This document shows, piece by piece, positions 29,660-40,191 of a stretch of 58,782 nt of DNA; within the stretch, counting starts at the first letter, position 1, and each line of letters begins with the position of its first letter. A model generated the notes under the pieces. The model saw nothing but the letters and a program-made list of their open reading frames with translations, was not told where the DNA came from and searched no databases. Source of the DNA: Thermoproteota archaeon (GTDB lineage: Archaea > Asgardarchaeota > Jordiarchaeia > Jordiarchaeales > Freyrarchaeaceae); the NCBI GenBank assembly GCA_029258835.1, contig JAPDJY010000036.1:1-58782 (forward strand). The letters run 5' to 3'. The translations under genes were made by a program, and so were the position numbers.

Positions 29660-30172
29660 TTGCGGAGCTTGGTTAGAGTTGGCTTTGAGAACGTTAAAGA
29701 CGGGTTTTTCAGGAGGCTGCTCCAAGAGCTTGTGAGGCAGCTGTCCGAGGCTTTCGGAGGCAGCCTCGTATCCGTCGTCCTTTTCGGCAGTGTGGCGAGG
29801 GGGGAGGCTGGGGAGGAGAGCGACGTGGACGTGATAGTGGTCTGCGAGGACTTCCCTGAAGGGATATCTGGCAGGGTTGACATGCTTCTCCCGGTGCTGG
29901 ACGAGGTTTACGCGAGAGTGGAGGGGAGAAAGCCGTTCATCCAGTTCCACCCGTTGAGGCCGGATGAGGCTTCGAAGTCCAGGCCAATATATCTTGACGT
30001 CTTGGAGGACGGGGTGATCCTGTATGATAAAGGGGGGTTCATTTTGAGGGTTCTGGGAAGGATGGAGAGGAAGCTCAGGGAGCTCGGGGCGAGGAGGGTT
30101 CACTTGAAGGATGGAAGCTGGATTTGGGTGCTTAAGCCGGGGATGAGGCTGGGAGAGGTTATCAGGCTTTAA
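29660..30172 (+). CDS. MNT antitoxin
   Basis: LFGSVARGEAGEESDVDVIVV, LDVLEDGVILYD, WIWVLKP. Confidence 0.9.
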   Translation: MRSLVRVGFENVKDGFFRRLLQELVRQLSEAFGGSLVSVVLFGSVARGEAGEESDVDVIVVCEDFPEGISGRVDMLLPVLDEVYARVEGRKPFIQFHPLRPDEASKSRPIYLDVLEDGVILYDKGGFILRVLGRMERKLRELGARRVHLKDGSWIWVLKPGMRLGEVIRL

Positions 30173-30183
30173 ACACATACGAG

Positions 30184-30614
30184 ATGGCTAAGGCCTACAT
30201 TGGAGACGCAGGTATCTCCCTCAGAGAGGCAAGGACAGCTTCGAGAACGGCGCCTACCACAGGGCTGTCAGGAGGGCTCAGGAGTGCGTGGAGCTATCGC
30301 TTAAAGGGGTTTTAAGGCTCTTCGGGATCGAATACCCTAAAAGCCACGACGTCTCCAGCGCACTAGATGAGGCTGAAGCACACGTCAACACCCCCAAATG
30401 GTTCAAGGAGGAGAAAGAGGAGTTAAAAAGGGCGAGCAGAAGGCTGGCCCAGGAGAGAGCGCTAGCATTCTATGGAGACGAACGCGCCTTCATCCCCCCA
30501 GAGAAAATCTACTCGGAAAAGGACGCTGAAGAAGCGATAAAAATGGCTGAGAAGTGCCTCCAAGCTGCAAGACGCCTCCTAGCAGAGCACGAGGAAAAAA
30601 TGAAGCAAGGGTAA
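30184..30614 (+). pseudogene. HEPN toxin with an N-terminal frameshift
   Basis: MAKAYIGDA..REARTA shifts frame into FENGAYHRAVRRAQECVELSLKG..KSHDV..ERALAFYGDE. Confidence 0.8.
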
Positions 30615-31026
30615 GACTGTTAAGGAGGGGGTCAGTCAAGTCGGGAACAATCCAAGCACCCAGTTTACCCGGGCATTTCCACCTCTCCAGCCACCACGAC
30701 CACCCATCCAACCAGCCACTACCACTTAGAAGAGCAGACCACGCCGACCAAACCCAATCCTGCAAGCTAAACCCTCAAACCCCGCCCCCTTAAGTGTACT
30801 CTTCCCCCCTAAACTTCAGGTCTGCAAAATAATAATCCTTCTCTCGCAACCACCCGAAAAAAGGGTAAAAGCACGTAACTGAGGGGTTCCTCAACCCTCC
30901 TTTCAAATGAAGGATTACTGAAACGTTTCCATCATTAGCAATGAAGCATTTCACAAAATGTTAGAATTCTTCCAACTAGTACACGAAATGCAATGTTGAG
31001 GAAGCCTTAAAACGTGGTTAAGGCGG

Positions 31027-31352
31027 GTGCACGTGATCCTCATAGCCACTTCGGATTCGGCGAAACGCCTGAGAACTCTCCTGAGAGCCGGCCTCAAAAG
31101 GAAAACGACAAGCTCATAGTCATCCTCCCATCCGAAAGGAGGCTAAGGGGGAAAGCATCCATCAAAAAGCCTGGTTGAAAACCATTCCCAGATTTAGGAG
31201 TGGAGAGGTTTGAAGCCGACGTAAGAGGATTCTACAGAGCAAACGCCAGAATAAGAAAGCTACTAAAAGACGGGAAAGACGGAAAAAATAACCCTAAACA
31301 TAAGCGGAGGATACAAAACTGGCCACAGAGCTCCTGCCGGCTGCGGTCCATG
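31027..31352 (+). pseudogene. csa3: Decayed second csa3 (CARF part)
   Basis: Fragments VILIAT/GFGE, NDKLIVILP, PDLGVERFEADVRGFYRANARIRKLLK and ITLNISGG align with 27930..28589 across frameshifts. Confidence 0.75.
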
Positions 31353-31564
31353 AGGAAAAGGGGGTGATGCTGAAGGCCGCTCGTGGGTGATGGAGGAAAA
31401 TGGGGCTGTGAGTGCTAGGCGCCACCTGTGAGCTGAACGTCCTTGCTTTTTCAATGTTTAATCTAAATCGGTTTGGTTGGCTATGGCTTCTGAGAGAAAA
31501 TTCTTTCGCATTGTTTTTAAGTTTAAGAAAAACGATATATTTGGAATTAGAGTAATTCGTCTCC

Positions 31565-33799
31565 TTGGGTGGTGGCTTGACGGGGGATTCTTCGCTGGGG
31601 GATGCTATCGACTCTGTTGAGGCGGTGCTGGAGCGTAAGCTTGTCGCGACGGTGAAGGACTCCAAGTATTACCTTGCTGATACGAGGATACCTGGGGTTC
31701 TCCTGTATGATCATCTCTCTTTAACCGCCGGGATAACTGTGGCAATGGTTAAGGAGCTACTTAATAGAGGGCTTAACGCTTCAGACATCTGCGGTGTTCA
31801 GGTTGAAATTGATGAGAGAGGGCTTGTTAAACTGGCAAGGATCTTGGGGCTATGCCACGATGTCGGCAAGGTTTTAGGGGAGAAAACCGAGTACCGCCTA
31901 CACGTTGAGAGAGGGGTCGCATACATTAAGGGATTGCTAGACGAGCTTAACCCTCCAGAGAAATTAGTGGATTTAATCGTAGAGGCCTTGAACCGGCATC
32001 ATTTGGATAGGAATCCGAAGAGTGTTCTTGAAAAGGTTTTATGCCTCGCTGACAGCTATGCTTCGGCGGGGGATAGACCGGAGCTATCCAAGGCCATGAC
32101 AAGGGAGGAGTTTGAGAGGGTTATTAGCTCAACGGTTAAGCTTGAAAAAGAGCTTTTCGGCGAGGATAAACCAGTCAGGCTGATTCTAGGGGACGTTGAC
32201 AGGATTAAATCCTACGTGTTCGAAACCAGCAAGATTCCAGAGATAAGAGGAGGAAGCCAGATCCTAGTTGAGCTGGAAAAGGGGATCAGGAGGCTTTTCT
32301 GCAGCGAGCTGTGCGAGGAGGCACTTATCTATTGTGGTGGGGGAAGCTTCCTAGCAGTTGTTCCTGCAAGCGAGGCTGAGCGCTTGGGGAGGATCATAGA
32401 GGAGTCCTACTTGGAGAGGACAGGGGTTGCAACTATAACTGTTGTCTGCTCCGAGCCGCTTGGATATGAGAACTTCGCTCGCGGAGTAGAACCCTACGAT
32501 GATGAAAGCGTGTCCAAGATTGTTAAAGAGGTAAAGGATGGTGTAGCGGGGGATCTCGTCAAAAGCCATTTCTCCGTTTCAGAAGGGAGGAAAGGGTTCG
32601 GCGAGCTCGTTGCATCCCTCTCATCCGAGCTACGCTTGAAGAAGAAGATGAAGGAGCATGCCCCGTTCATACCCTCCATGCCGTTCCATAGACGCTGCGA
32701 CTCGTGCGGTAAAAGGCCGGCTGAAACCACACACGAGGAAAGCTACAGAGGGTTGAAAGAAGTGTTCTGGCTGTGCGGTATATGTAAAGCCAAAAGGAAG
32801 GAAGGGGAGGCGAGGGAGAAGCTGAGGTTCGCGGAGGAATTCACCAAATGGTACAATAGCTATAAGGGGAGGAAGAGCTCTATAAAAGTTCCCTTCACAT
32901 CCTTGGACGAGCTGGCTACACTCGATCCAAAGGGGAGAATCGCCTTCCTGTACGCTGACGGGAATGATATAGGGGATTTGCTTCAGAGAGCCAGAACCCC
33001 CGCCCAGTACCGCCACATATCGCAAACCCTAGAGGAAGCGATGAAAAATGCGTTGTTCAAGGCTATAATTGACGTCATGGGGGAGAAGGTGGAAAAGAAG
33101 GAAGTGCCGTTTGAAGTCATCGCCCTGGGAGGGGACGACGCAAGCGTCATACTTCCTGCACGCTACAGCTGGGATGTAGCAGTTAAACTAATGGAGGAAG
33201 CGGAGGAGCAGATGAGGGCGCTCGGCGAGGAGTTGAATCATCCCTTAACAGTATCTGTAGGGTTGCTCATAGCGGACGTGAAGTACCCCGTTCAGTTGAT
33301 GGAGAAGCTGGCGGAGGACTTGCTGAGGGAAGCTAAGAAGCGTAGTAGGAGCGGGGAGCGGAGGGAGAGCGCAATATGCCACCTCTGGCTGCGAAACCCC
33401 CTGCTAGCCGAGAGCGCTAAGGACATCATAGACAGGACGTACACGGTGAGGGTTCACGGTAAAACAGCGCGTTTAACCGGCAGACCCTACACTCTCAGCG
33501 AAGCCAAGACCCTAACCGAAATAGCCGATAGTTTAAGCGTGCCGGCGACGCAGCTAAGGGTCATGGCCGAGTCCTTAAGTAAGGGAGTTAGGTTTTCAGA
33601 GAACCTTGTCCTGTATCAAATCGCAAGAATGGATGACCTGGCAAATATGGAGAAGGCTCTCAGAAGAATGGGAGGGCTGCTGAGGGAGGAGGCGGCTACG
33701 TTTTGGGTGGTGGATGCAGATGGCGTCTACGGTGAGCGAGGAGGCTACGTCACCCCACTACTCGACGTGATAGAGCTTGTGGAGTTAAGGGGTGGTTGA
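31565..33799 (+). CDS. cas10: Cas10 (type III) with HD nuclease and GGDD palm domain
   Basis: LYDHLSLTA, HDVGK, GDVDRIKSYVF..IRGGS, CDSCG..CGIC Zn finger, YADGNDIG, GGDD. Confidence 0.95.
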   Translation: MGGGLTGDSSLGDAIDSVEAVLERKLVATVKDSKYYLADTRIPGVLLYDHLSLTAGITVAMVKELLNRGLNASDICGVQVEIDERGLVKLARILGLCHDVGKVLGEKTEYRLHVERGVAYIKGLLDELNPPEKLVDLIVEALNRHHLDRNPKSVLEKVLCLADSYASAGDRPELSKAMTREEFERVISSTVKLEKELFGEDKPVRLILGDVDRIKSYVFETSKIPEIRGGSQILVELEKGIRRLFCSELCEEALIYCGGGSFLAVVPASEAERLGRIIEESYLERTGVATITVVCSEPLGYENFARGVEPYDDESVSKIVKEVKDGVAGDLVKSHFSVSEGRKGFGELVASLSSELRLKKKMKEHAPFIPSMPFHRRCDSCGKRPAETTHEESYRGLKEVFWLCGICKAKRKEGEAREKLRFAEEFTKWYNSYKGRKSSIKVPFTSLDELATLDPKGRIAFLYADGNDIGDLLQRARTPAQYRHISQTLEEAMKNALFKAIIDVMGEKVEKKEVPFEVIALGGDDASVILPARYSWDVAVKLMEEAEEQMRALGEELNHPLTVSVGLLIADVKYPVQLMEKLAEDLLREAKKRSRSGERRESAICHLWLRNPLLAESAKDIIDRTYTVRVHGKTARLTGRPYTLSEAKTLTEIADSLSVPATQLRVMAESLSKGVRFSENLVLYQIARMDDLANMEKALRRMGGLLREEAATFWVVDADGVYGERGGYVTPLLDVIELVELRGG

Positions 33800-34421
33800 A
33801 GTGGCCAGGATATACGTGGAGATGGCTTTTGAGTTTAGTTCAGCTTTTCACACGTCCGGGAACCGGGCGGAGCTATGGGTTGACAAGTGCTTAAATCTAG
33901 AAGACGGGGAGTTGGTGATTCCAGCCACGTCCATAAAGGGGTGGATGAGGGAAAACGCTGAGAAAACCCTTAGAGGATTAGGCTGCAAGGTTTGTGATGG
34001 GTCCACTCCCCGCACCCAGTGTGGGGAATGCATAGTATGCAAGGTTTTCGGGTCCTATATGAGAAGGGCTCCTGTTCGCTTTCATGACGCTAGGGTGCGG
34101 GAGGGCTACGTCGTAGAATCCAGAACTGGGGTTTCACTAAGCAGGTTTAGGAGAACGGCTCTCGAGAGAAGGCTCTTCACGCAGGAAGCCGCATGGGTTG
34201 AAGAGGTAAAGTTCACGGTGGACGGCTTCTTCCCGAGCGAGGAGGAAGCTAAGAGCGCCGTAGCCCTCCTATGGCTTTCAGCGAAAGTTGGGGTTGCCAT
34301 GGGAGCCTCTAAGACGAGGGGTTTAGGCTGGCTGTCGCTGAGAGAGTTTAAAGCTAAGGTGGATGGCCGAGAAGTAGGCGAAGAGGAGGTTGCCAGCATA
34401 GTTGAGGGGTGGGTGCAATGA
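33792..34421 (+). CDS. csm3: Cas7-group RAMP (Csm3-like)
   Basis: IPATSIKG, CKVC..CGECIVCKVFG, MGASKTRGLG. Confidence 0.88.
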   Translation: MVEVARIYVEMAFEFSSAFHTSGNRAELWVDKCLNLEDGELVIPATSIKGWMRENAEKTLRGLGCKVCDGSTPRTQCGECIVCKVFGSYMRRAPVRFHDARVREGYVVESRTGVSLSRFRRTALERRLFTQEAAWVEEVKFTVDGFFPSEEEAKSAVALLWLSAKVGVAMGASKTRGLGWLSLREFKAKVDGREVGEEEVASIVEGWVQ

Positions 34422-35583
34422 TCGAAAAATGGTGCTGTGTAAAGCCGGAGAGCGTTGTAAGGGTTGGGGTTGTTAAAACGGCCACCCCGTACTTCGACAC
34501 GTTAAGCTACATACCGGGAAGCGTGTTGAGGGGTGCGGTGGCAGAGTGGCTCTCCATGAACGGCAGGGAAGGAGACATAAAGGCGTTCGTTGAGAACGTA
34601 CGTTTTGGATGCTTCACCCCGTCAAGCTTAAGTCCATATCGCTGCCATTCCCCATGAGCGCGCTTGAATGTAAAAGGCACGGCTACTTTACGAGCGTCCC
34701 AAGCGGTGTTACCCCCGGGCATGGTATAAGAGACCTCCTTCTACTCTCCACAGCCTACTTCGAGCTCAAAAGGCAAGGGGTGAAGCTACCTGTCCCATTA
34801 AACCTTAGATGTTTAAGGGAGGGGTGTGGAGGGAGACTGGAGCAGGCGAGCGGCTTCTACACCCGAACTAAGGATGGGTGGGTCAAGTGCAGCGTGGAAA
34901 AAACCGTTCAGACCAAGGTTGCCCTCAGCAGGCATAGGAGGGGAGCGCAGGAACACGCGCTCTATAGCGTGGTCGGCATTAAACCCAAAGGGTACTTCAC
35001 GGGGAGAATATGGGTTAAAAGTGAAGAATACTTGGAGCTGGTGAGGGTGGCGGTTGAGGAGGTAGGTATAGGATCTCTGACGACTCGAGGGTTCGGCAGG
35101 GTAAAGTTGAGTTTCCCCTCAGAGTTAAGCCTTCCCGGTGTTGAGGAGCGAGTGGCAGCGTTCAACAGCAAGCTGAGGGAGGTTTGGAGTAGCCTAGCTG
35201 AGCTGGCAAGGGTTTCGGGTAGCCGCGCGTCGGAGGAGCCCGAGTACACTTATTTCTCAGTAGACCTCTTATCCCCCGCAATATTCAGGGAAAGGGGGCT
35301 TCCATCGCTTAAGCTCAGCCTAGGCGGCGAGTTTGAACCTGTCCTATGGATGGCTCAGCCGGCATTCGTCGGAGGCTTCTCAACTGCCTGGGGGATCCCT
35401 AAGCCGGCCGAGCTGGGGGCATGCATGGGGAGCGTCTACGTTTTTAGAACCAAGGCTTCGGAGGAGGAGATTTCACCTTTCCTCAGGAGGCTTGAGGAGG
35501 AGGGGGTTGGGGAGAGGGTTGATGAAGGATATGGAGACGTTTTGATTTGTCACCCGTTTCACTGCGAGGTGATGCCAGTTTGA
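34418..35583 (+). CDS. csx10: Csx10 (Cas5-group RAMP), split by one frameshift near 34630
   Basis: YIPGSVLRGA in the first ORF; PFPMSALECK, IGSLTTRGFG, VGGFSTAWGIPKP, GERVDEGYG, HPFH in the second. Confidence 0.8.
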
Positions 35584-35993
35584 TGAGTCAAAAAGTTCAG
35601 ATGAAAATTAACAGTAAAATTGACGAAATAGTGGAGAAAGCGCATAAAATCGTAGAGGAAACCAAGATTTATAGCAAAGAAGGGCTATCCCCGACGCAAG
35701 TAAGGAACTTGCAGAACATGGCTAACGCCACAGACTCCATCGAAGCCTTAAAGAACTACATCTACTACCAGATGGGGCGCTCTAGGGGAAAGGAAGGTCA
35801 AAAGGAATGGCTATTTGGAGGATTCGGGAAGAAACTTCTGAGGGATCTCAACGAACTTGGCAGCCTGCTAGACTTAGATATGCTAAACGTCGGCGAAGAA
35901 GAGAGAAAAATGGCGCACATGCAGGCTATAAGACTCTACCTAGGTTTTCTTGCAAGATATTACACCTATAAGAAAGAAGCGAGCGGAACGTAG
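35583..35993 (+). CDS. Cas11 small subunit (Csm2-like)
   Basis: Helical; TQVRNL, NYIYYQMGR..W, RLYLGFLAR; ATG overlaps the csx10 stop. Confidence 0.75.
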   Translation: MSQKVQMKINSKIDEIVEKAHKIVEETKIYSKEGLSPTQVRNLQNMANATDSIEALKNYIYYQMGRSRGKEGQKEWLFGGFGKKLLRDLNELGSLLDLDMLNVGEEERKMAHMQAIRLYLGFLARYYTYKKEASGT

Positions 35994-36003
35994 AGGTGGT
36001 CAT

Positions 36004-36813
36004 GTGAGCTTCTACACGTTTAAAAACAGGTACTTCATCACCGGGAAGATCGTGGCGGAGACCCCCATCCATGTTGGGGCTCAAACATCGCTGATGCCTA
36101 CGGTCTCGGAGCTACCAGTCCTTAAAACCCATACCGGCTTACCATATATCCCCGGCTCCACCCTTAAAGGAGCCGTAAGGGCCTTTACGGAGAAAATACT
36201 CAGAACATTGAAGAAGATGAACCCTAAACTAGACATGTGGGCCTGCAACCCCCTAAGTGAAGATGGACAGTGTGTAAACGACAGAAAAAAAGAGAAGCTG
36301 GTAATTAAGCACACCGTTAATGGAGTATTCAACGATGAGAAGTTTTCCGAGGAGATTCTAGGTTTAACCTGCACTGCTTGCAGGATCTTTGGTTCAAAGT
36401 GGGTTGCGTCGAGAGTGCTCTTCAAAGACGCCTTGCTTACTAATAGCAGCGAGATGATCCGCTTGGTTGAGGTTCGAGACGGGGTTGCAATAGACAGGGA
36501 TACGGGGACAGCGAAGGCCAGGATGAAGTTTGACTACGAGGCGGTTCCGAGAGGAGCCGAGTTCAGCCTCCAAGTGGTCTTCGAAAACGCTGAGAAATGG
36601 GAGGTCGGACTGCTACTTCTAGCGTTAAAATCGATGGGTGAAGGGTTCCCGATAGGTGGGATCGCGAGGGGAGGGCTAGGATGGGGAGCGGTTAACATTG
36701 AAAAAGTGGAAGTGGTAAGCGGAAGCAACCTGCTAAGCTACCTGAAAACAGGGAAGAGAGAAGCATGCGATCCTGAAGAGCTCATCGACGAGTTTGCCAG
36801 GAGGGTGGGTTAA
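36004..36813 (+). CDS. csm3: Cas7-group RAMP (Csm3/Csx7 type)
   Basis: ETPIHVG, PYIPGSTLKG, CTACRIFGS, RDGVAIDRDTG, IGGIARGGLG. Confidence 0.9.
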   Translation: MSFYTFKNRYFITGKIVAETPIHVGAQTSLMPTVSELPVLKTHTGLPYIPGSTLKGAVRAFTEKILRTLKKMNPKLDMWACNPLSEDGQCVNDRKKEKLVIKHTVNGVFNDEKFSEEILGLTCTACRIFGSKWVASRVLFKDALLTNSSEMIRLVEVRDGVAIDRDTGTAKARMKFDYEAVPRGAEFSLQVVFENAEKWEVGLLLLALKSMGEGFPIGGIARGGLGWGAVNIEKVEVVSGSNLLSYLKTGKREACDPEELIDEFARRVG

Positions 36814-36814
36814 A

Positions 36815-37696
36815 GTGCATAGGCAGCTTTGGAATGTGATGAAGCTTGACTTTAAGATAAAACCAAGATCCCCCTTGCTTGTGAAGTCCGGCACCGAGCC
36901 GCTGGATCCATCCCTCCCAGACATGTACTTCGTCCGGACGGCGACGTCTCAAGGAGAAGCCATCTATATTCCCGGCTCATCGCTTAAAGGGGTCTTCAGA
37001 TCCTTCACCGAGAAGATTTTGAGAACGATTAGTAAGTCGGCGTCATGCGACCCCCTCAGCTCCTCCTGCGGTAAAAGGCTTGAAAAAGAGGAGGACGCCG
37101 TTAAGATATACGGGGAGTCATGTTACGTTTGCAAAATGTACGGGAACACCAAGCTTAAAGGGAGAATAAGGTTTTCCGACGCCTACCCTGAGGGAGGGGT
37201 GAAAACGGAGGTCAGGTACGGGGTCGCCATTTCAAGGCTCACGCAAGGCGTCGCCCAAGGACCATTCGAAATGGAAACAGTCGTCGAAGGAAGCTTCAAA
37301 GGGTCGCTGACGCTGGAAAACTTCGAGGCATGGCAAGTCGGCATGATCGCCTTAGTCATCAGAGCGCTAAACGACGGAGTGCTAAGGGTGGGTTATGGGA
37401 AGAACCGCGGGTTCGGCGAGGTCGAGTTTTCAGTCGGAAACGTCATGTTCCGCCTCGCGAAAAAGGAGAAAATGCCGGAAGACGAGGTATGGGGTGTGGG
37501 GTGCTACGTTGAGGATGACGGCTACAAGGTAACGCTCGGAAAAGACGATAAGATTTCAGGCCTCCCCAAGCCAGACAAGGTAGTAGACGCCGTAGTGTTC
37601 GAAGAACGGCTTTACTCTCCTACATCATGGGAGAACATAGCCGAGAAGAGCATGGAAACCCTAAGGGCTTTCAGTGAAAGAATAACCCGGAAGTAG
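36815..37696 (+). CDS. csm3: Cas7-group RAMP (Csm3-like)
   Basis: PLLVKSG..DP..PDM.FVR, YIPGSSLKG, CYVCKMYG, VGYGKNRGFG. Confidence 0.9.
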   Translation: MHRQLWNVMKLDFKIKPRSPLLVKSGTEPLDPSLPDMYFVRTATSQGEAIYIPGSSLKGVFRSFTEKILRTISKSASCDPLSSSCGKRLEKEEDAVKIYGESCYVCKMYGNTKLKGRIRFSDAYPEGGVKTEVRYGVAISRLTQGVAQGPFEMETVVEGSFKGSLTLENFEAWQVGMIALVIRALNDGVLRVGYGKNRGFGEVEFSVGNVMFRLAKKEKMPEDEVWGVGCYVEDDGYKVTLGKDDKISGLPKPDKVVDAVVFEERLYSPTSWENIAEKSMETLRAFSERITRK

Positions 37697-37708
37697 CGAG
37701 GTGCTACG

Positions 37709-38152
37709 ATGGTCTCCGTCTACCATGGAAAACTCCAAAAAGAGGAGTTAACCGAGATGGTTGAATCGCTCCCAAACACGCTGCACGTCTGCTGGAGTTT
37801 AGAAAAGATAGTTTTCGGGAAAGGTCCCCCAGAAGACGTGCTCGAAGAAGGAAGCGTGTTTAACGAGTCATGCGAGGTCAAGTGGAGAAAGGGAAAGGAC
37901 GGCTACGAAGTACTGGTGGTAAGCGACAAGGAAGCAAGCTTCAAGGAGTTAAGCCCGGTGGAAGGAAAGTGGGATGCCAAGAACATAACAACACACCTCA
38001 TATCCCTAACGGACCGCCGCTTCACCCCAACCCTAAAAGAATACCCTGAAGTCGGGAGCGAGGCATCACTAGAGTGCAGGCTTATCCGCCTCAACGGAAA
38101 CCCCCTGCTCATTAGCCCGAGAAAAATAGCTAAGCCCTCAGGGAAGGGGTGA
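37709..38152 (+). CDS. csx19: Csx19-like subunit
   Basis: EGSVFNESCEVKW motif; position between Cas7-type RAMPs as in type III-D. Confidence 0.65.
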   Translation: MVSVYHGKLQKEELTEMVESLPNTLHVCWSLEKIVFGKGPPEDVLEEGSVFNESCEVKWRKGKDGYEVLVVSDKEASFKELSPVEGKWDAKNITTHLISLTDRRFTPTLKEYPEVGSEASLECRLIRLNGNPLLISPRKIAKPSGKG

Positions 38153-38155
38153 AAA

Positions 38156-39109
38156 ATGTCGTCTAAACCCTTCACGTTCATCCCCATACCACGGGAGCCG
38201 CCCTCGAAATGGAAGATCACACCTCACATCGAATTCCAGCACTTAACAGGAAAGGTTGACCTTGAAGTGGAAGTCTCATCCGAATACCTCTTCGTCGGCT
38301 CAGGAAGCTACGAGTTCAACCCCAGACGCAGGCAGGGAGAAGCCGACGTCTGGCACGTCTTCCACCGCAGCAAAGGCACCATATGCATACCTGGAAGCAG
38401 CATAAAAGGAGCAGTCAGAACCCTAGTCGAAGCAATATCAAACTCGTGCGTTTCAACCCTAAAATCCAAAGAGAGAAAAGCAGTAGGGAAAAAGCACGCC
38501 AGATGCAATCCTGAAGAAGGAGAGCTATGCGTAGGGTGCAACCTTTTCGGAGCCGCAGGGTACAGAGGGCGCATCTCCTTCTCCGACGCCTTCCCCACCG
38601 GCGACGTAAAACTGGTCAAAGTAAAAATAGGGGAACTGTTCACCCCAAAAAGGTTCAAAGGACGCAAAATATATGAAAACAGAAGGTTCCAGCCCCTAGA
38701 CAGCCAGCACCCAGAAGCAAACCACCGCTTCGTCGAGGCAGCACCCAGAAACACCAAATTCAAAACAACACTACACTTCGAAAACGTCTCCGAAGAAGAA
38801 CTAGGAATAGTCTTCCACGCACTAGGCTGGAAAACCGAAGGAGACAAGGTAAACACCGCGTTCAGCATCAAGGTCGGCGGAGCAAAACCAAGATGCTTCG
38901 GAGCAGTCACCATCAAACCAGTAAAAGCCACCACCTGGAACATAAAAAACCTCAAACCATCACTAACAACATACACAGGGAAAAACCTCACACAGTTCAT
39001 CAAAGAATGCCTCTCCAAAGGAAAAAAACTCCTCCACGAAGACGCATACAACAAACTACTGGAAGCCCTAACCCCGAAAAGCCAGCCATGCCCAACGAGG
39101 GAATACTAA
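38156..39109 (+). CDS. Terminal Cas7-group RAMP of the type III-D-like operon
   Basis: KPFTFIP, IPGSSIKGAVR..EAISNSC, LCVGCNLFG, VGGAKPRCFG. Confidence 0.88.
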   Translation: MSSKPFTFIPIPREPPSKWKITPHIEFQHLTGKVDLEVEVSSEYLFVGSGSYEFNPRRRQGEADVWHVFHRSKGTICIPGSSIKGAVRTLVEAISNSCVSTLKSKERKAVGKKHARCNPEEGELCVGCNLFGAAGYRGRISFSDAFPTGDVKLVKVKIGELFTPKRFKGRKIYENRRFQPLDSQHPEANHRFVEAAPRNTKFKTTLHFENVSEEELGIVFHALGWKTEGDKVNTAFSIKVGGAKPRCFGAVTIKPVKATTWNIKNLKPSLTTYTGKNLTQFIKECLSKGKKLLHEDAYNKLLEALTPKSQPCPTREY

Positions 39110-39427
39110 ATGCCCGGGATAAGCGAAGACGAAAAAGTAAAACTTGCAGAAGAAATATCAAAGCAGCTCACCAACGTAGGGCGAACAGAGTGGAAAACAT
39201 GGGCAAACTACGCAGCCAGCAAAGGACTCGAAAAAGCACTAGAGTTCGCCCTCACCCTCTCAAGGTCACCAACCCTAAGACCAAGGCAAAAAAACGCATA
39301 CAAAACAATACACAACACCATGAAAAACTTCAAAAACAAAATAGAAAAACTCCCAGAAAAAAACCAGCAACAAGTACTAGGATACGTAGAAAGATGGATC
39401 ATAGCACGAAGAGCACACCCATTGTGA
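39110..39427 (+). CDS. Small helical protein, probable second Cas11-like subunit
   Basis: 105 aa, helical, starts directly after the upstream stop; QVLGYVERWI ending resembles small subunits. Confidence 0.55.
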   Translation: MPGISEDEKVKLAEEISKQLTNVGRTEWKTWANYAASKGLEKALEFALTLSRSPTLRPRQKNAYKTIHNTMKNFKNKIEKLPEKNQQQVLGYVERWIIARRAHPL

Positions 39428-40191
39428 AAAACAACCAACACCTAACCCAGAAAAACACCAGCTCAAAACCAATAGCAAAACACCAACCTCAGCCACAAAC
39501 CCACTGAACACCCAATAACCCGCTCATGATTTTTTTATAACCATGATTATAATAACAGCTATCATACAAACAGCTATTATACATAAACCTCGCAGAAACC
39601 TAACAGCCAAATAACGCAAATACTAACAAACACGAAAAGAACGAGGAAGACCACTACGATCGCCCAAACCCTCTCCGCCAACCAAACTCAACATAAAGCA
39701 AAAATAATAATAAAAACCTACGGCAAAACCCTCAATAATACAAAAACACTTTTCTGCAAAAAGAATTTCACTAAGTCCACCGAACAATCTCTTAATCACT
39801 TAGAGACCCTTACAACCGAGACAATTGATGAAACATATCATTCCTTTTTATTCGCTTTAACTTCTATGGTCTGATAATTCTCTTTTATATTTATATGTTT
39901 AAAAAATATTCAAAAAAAAAATCAAGACGGGGCAATCCATTTGATGAATTAAATTTTAAGCAAAAACATTCTTCCAAACCGGACCTTCCATCAAAAGAAA
40001 ATATTTCTAAAACAATTCATCCTTTCTCGTTTCCTTCAAACCAGCCTTCACATTCTTACCAACAAATTTTATTTTATTTAATTTTTATTCTTTCTTTAAT
40101 GACTTTTAAGAATCTTTCACTAAAAATCTCTTTTTGATAAAAAGTAGTCATCTCATTATTCAGTAAATGGAAAAATATTACGAGAAAAACC

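Noticed and set aside
38893-39507. 204-aa basic ORF on +
   Set aside because: Alternative frame over the RAMP and small-subunit genes in A/C-skewed DNA.
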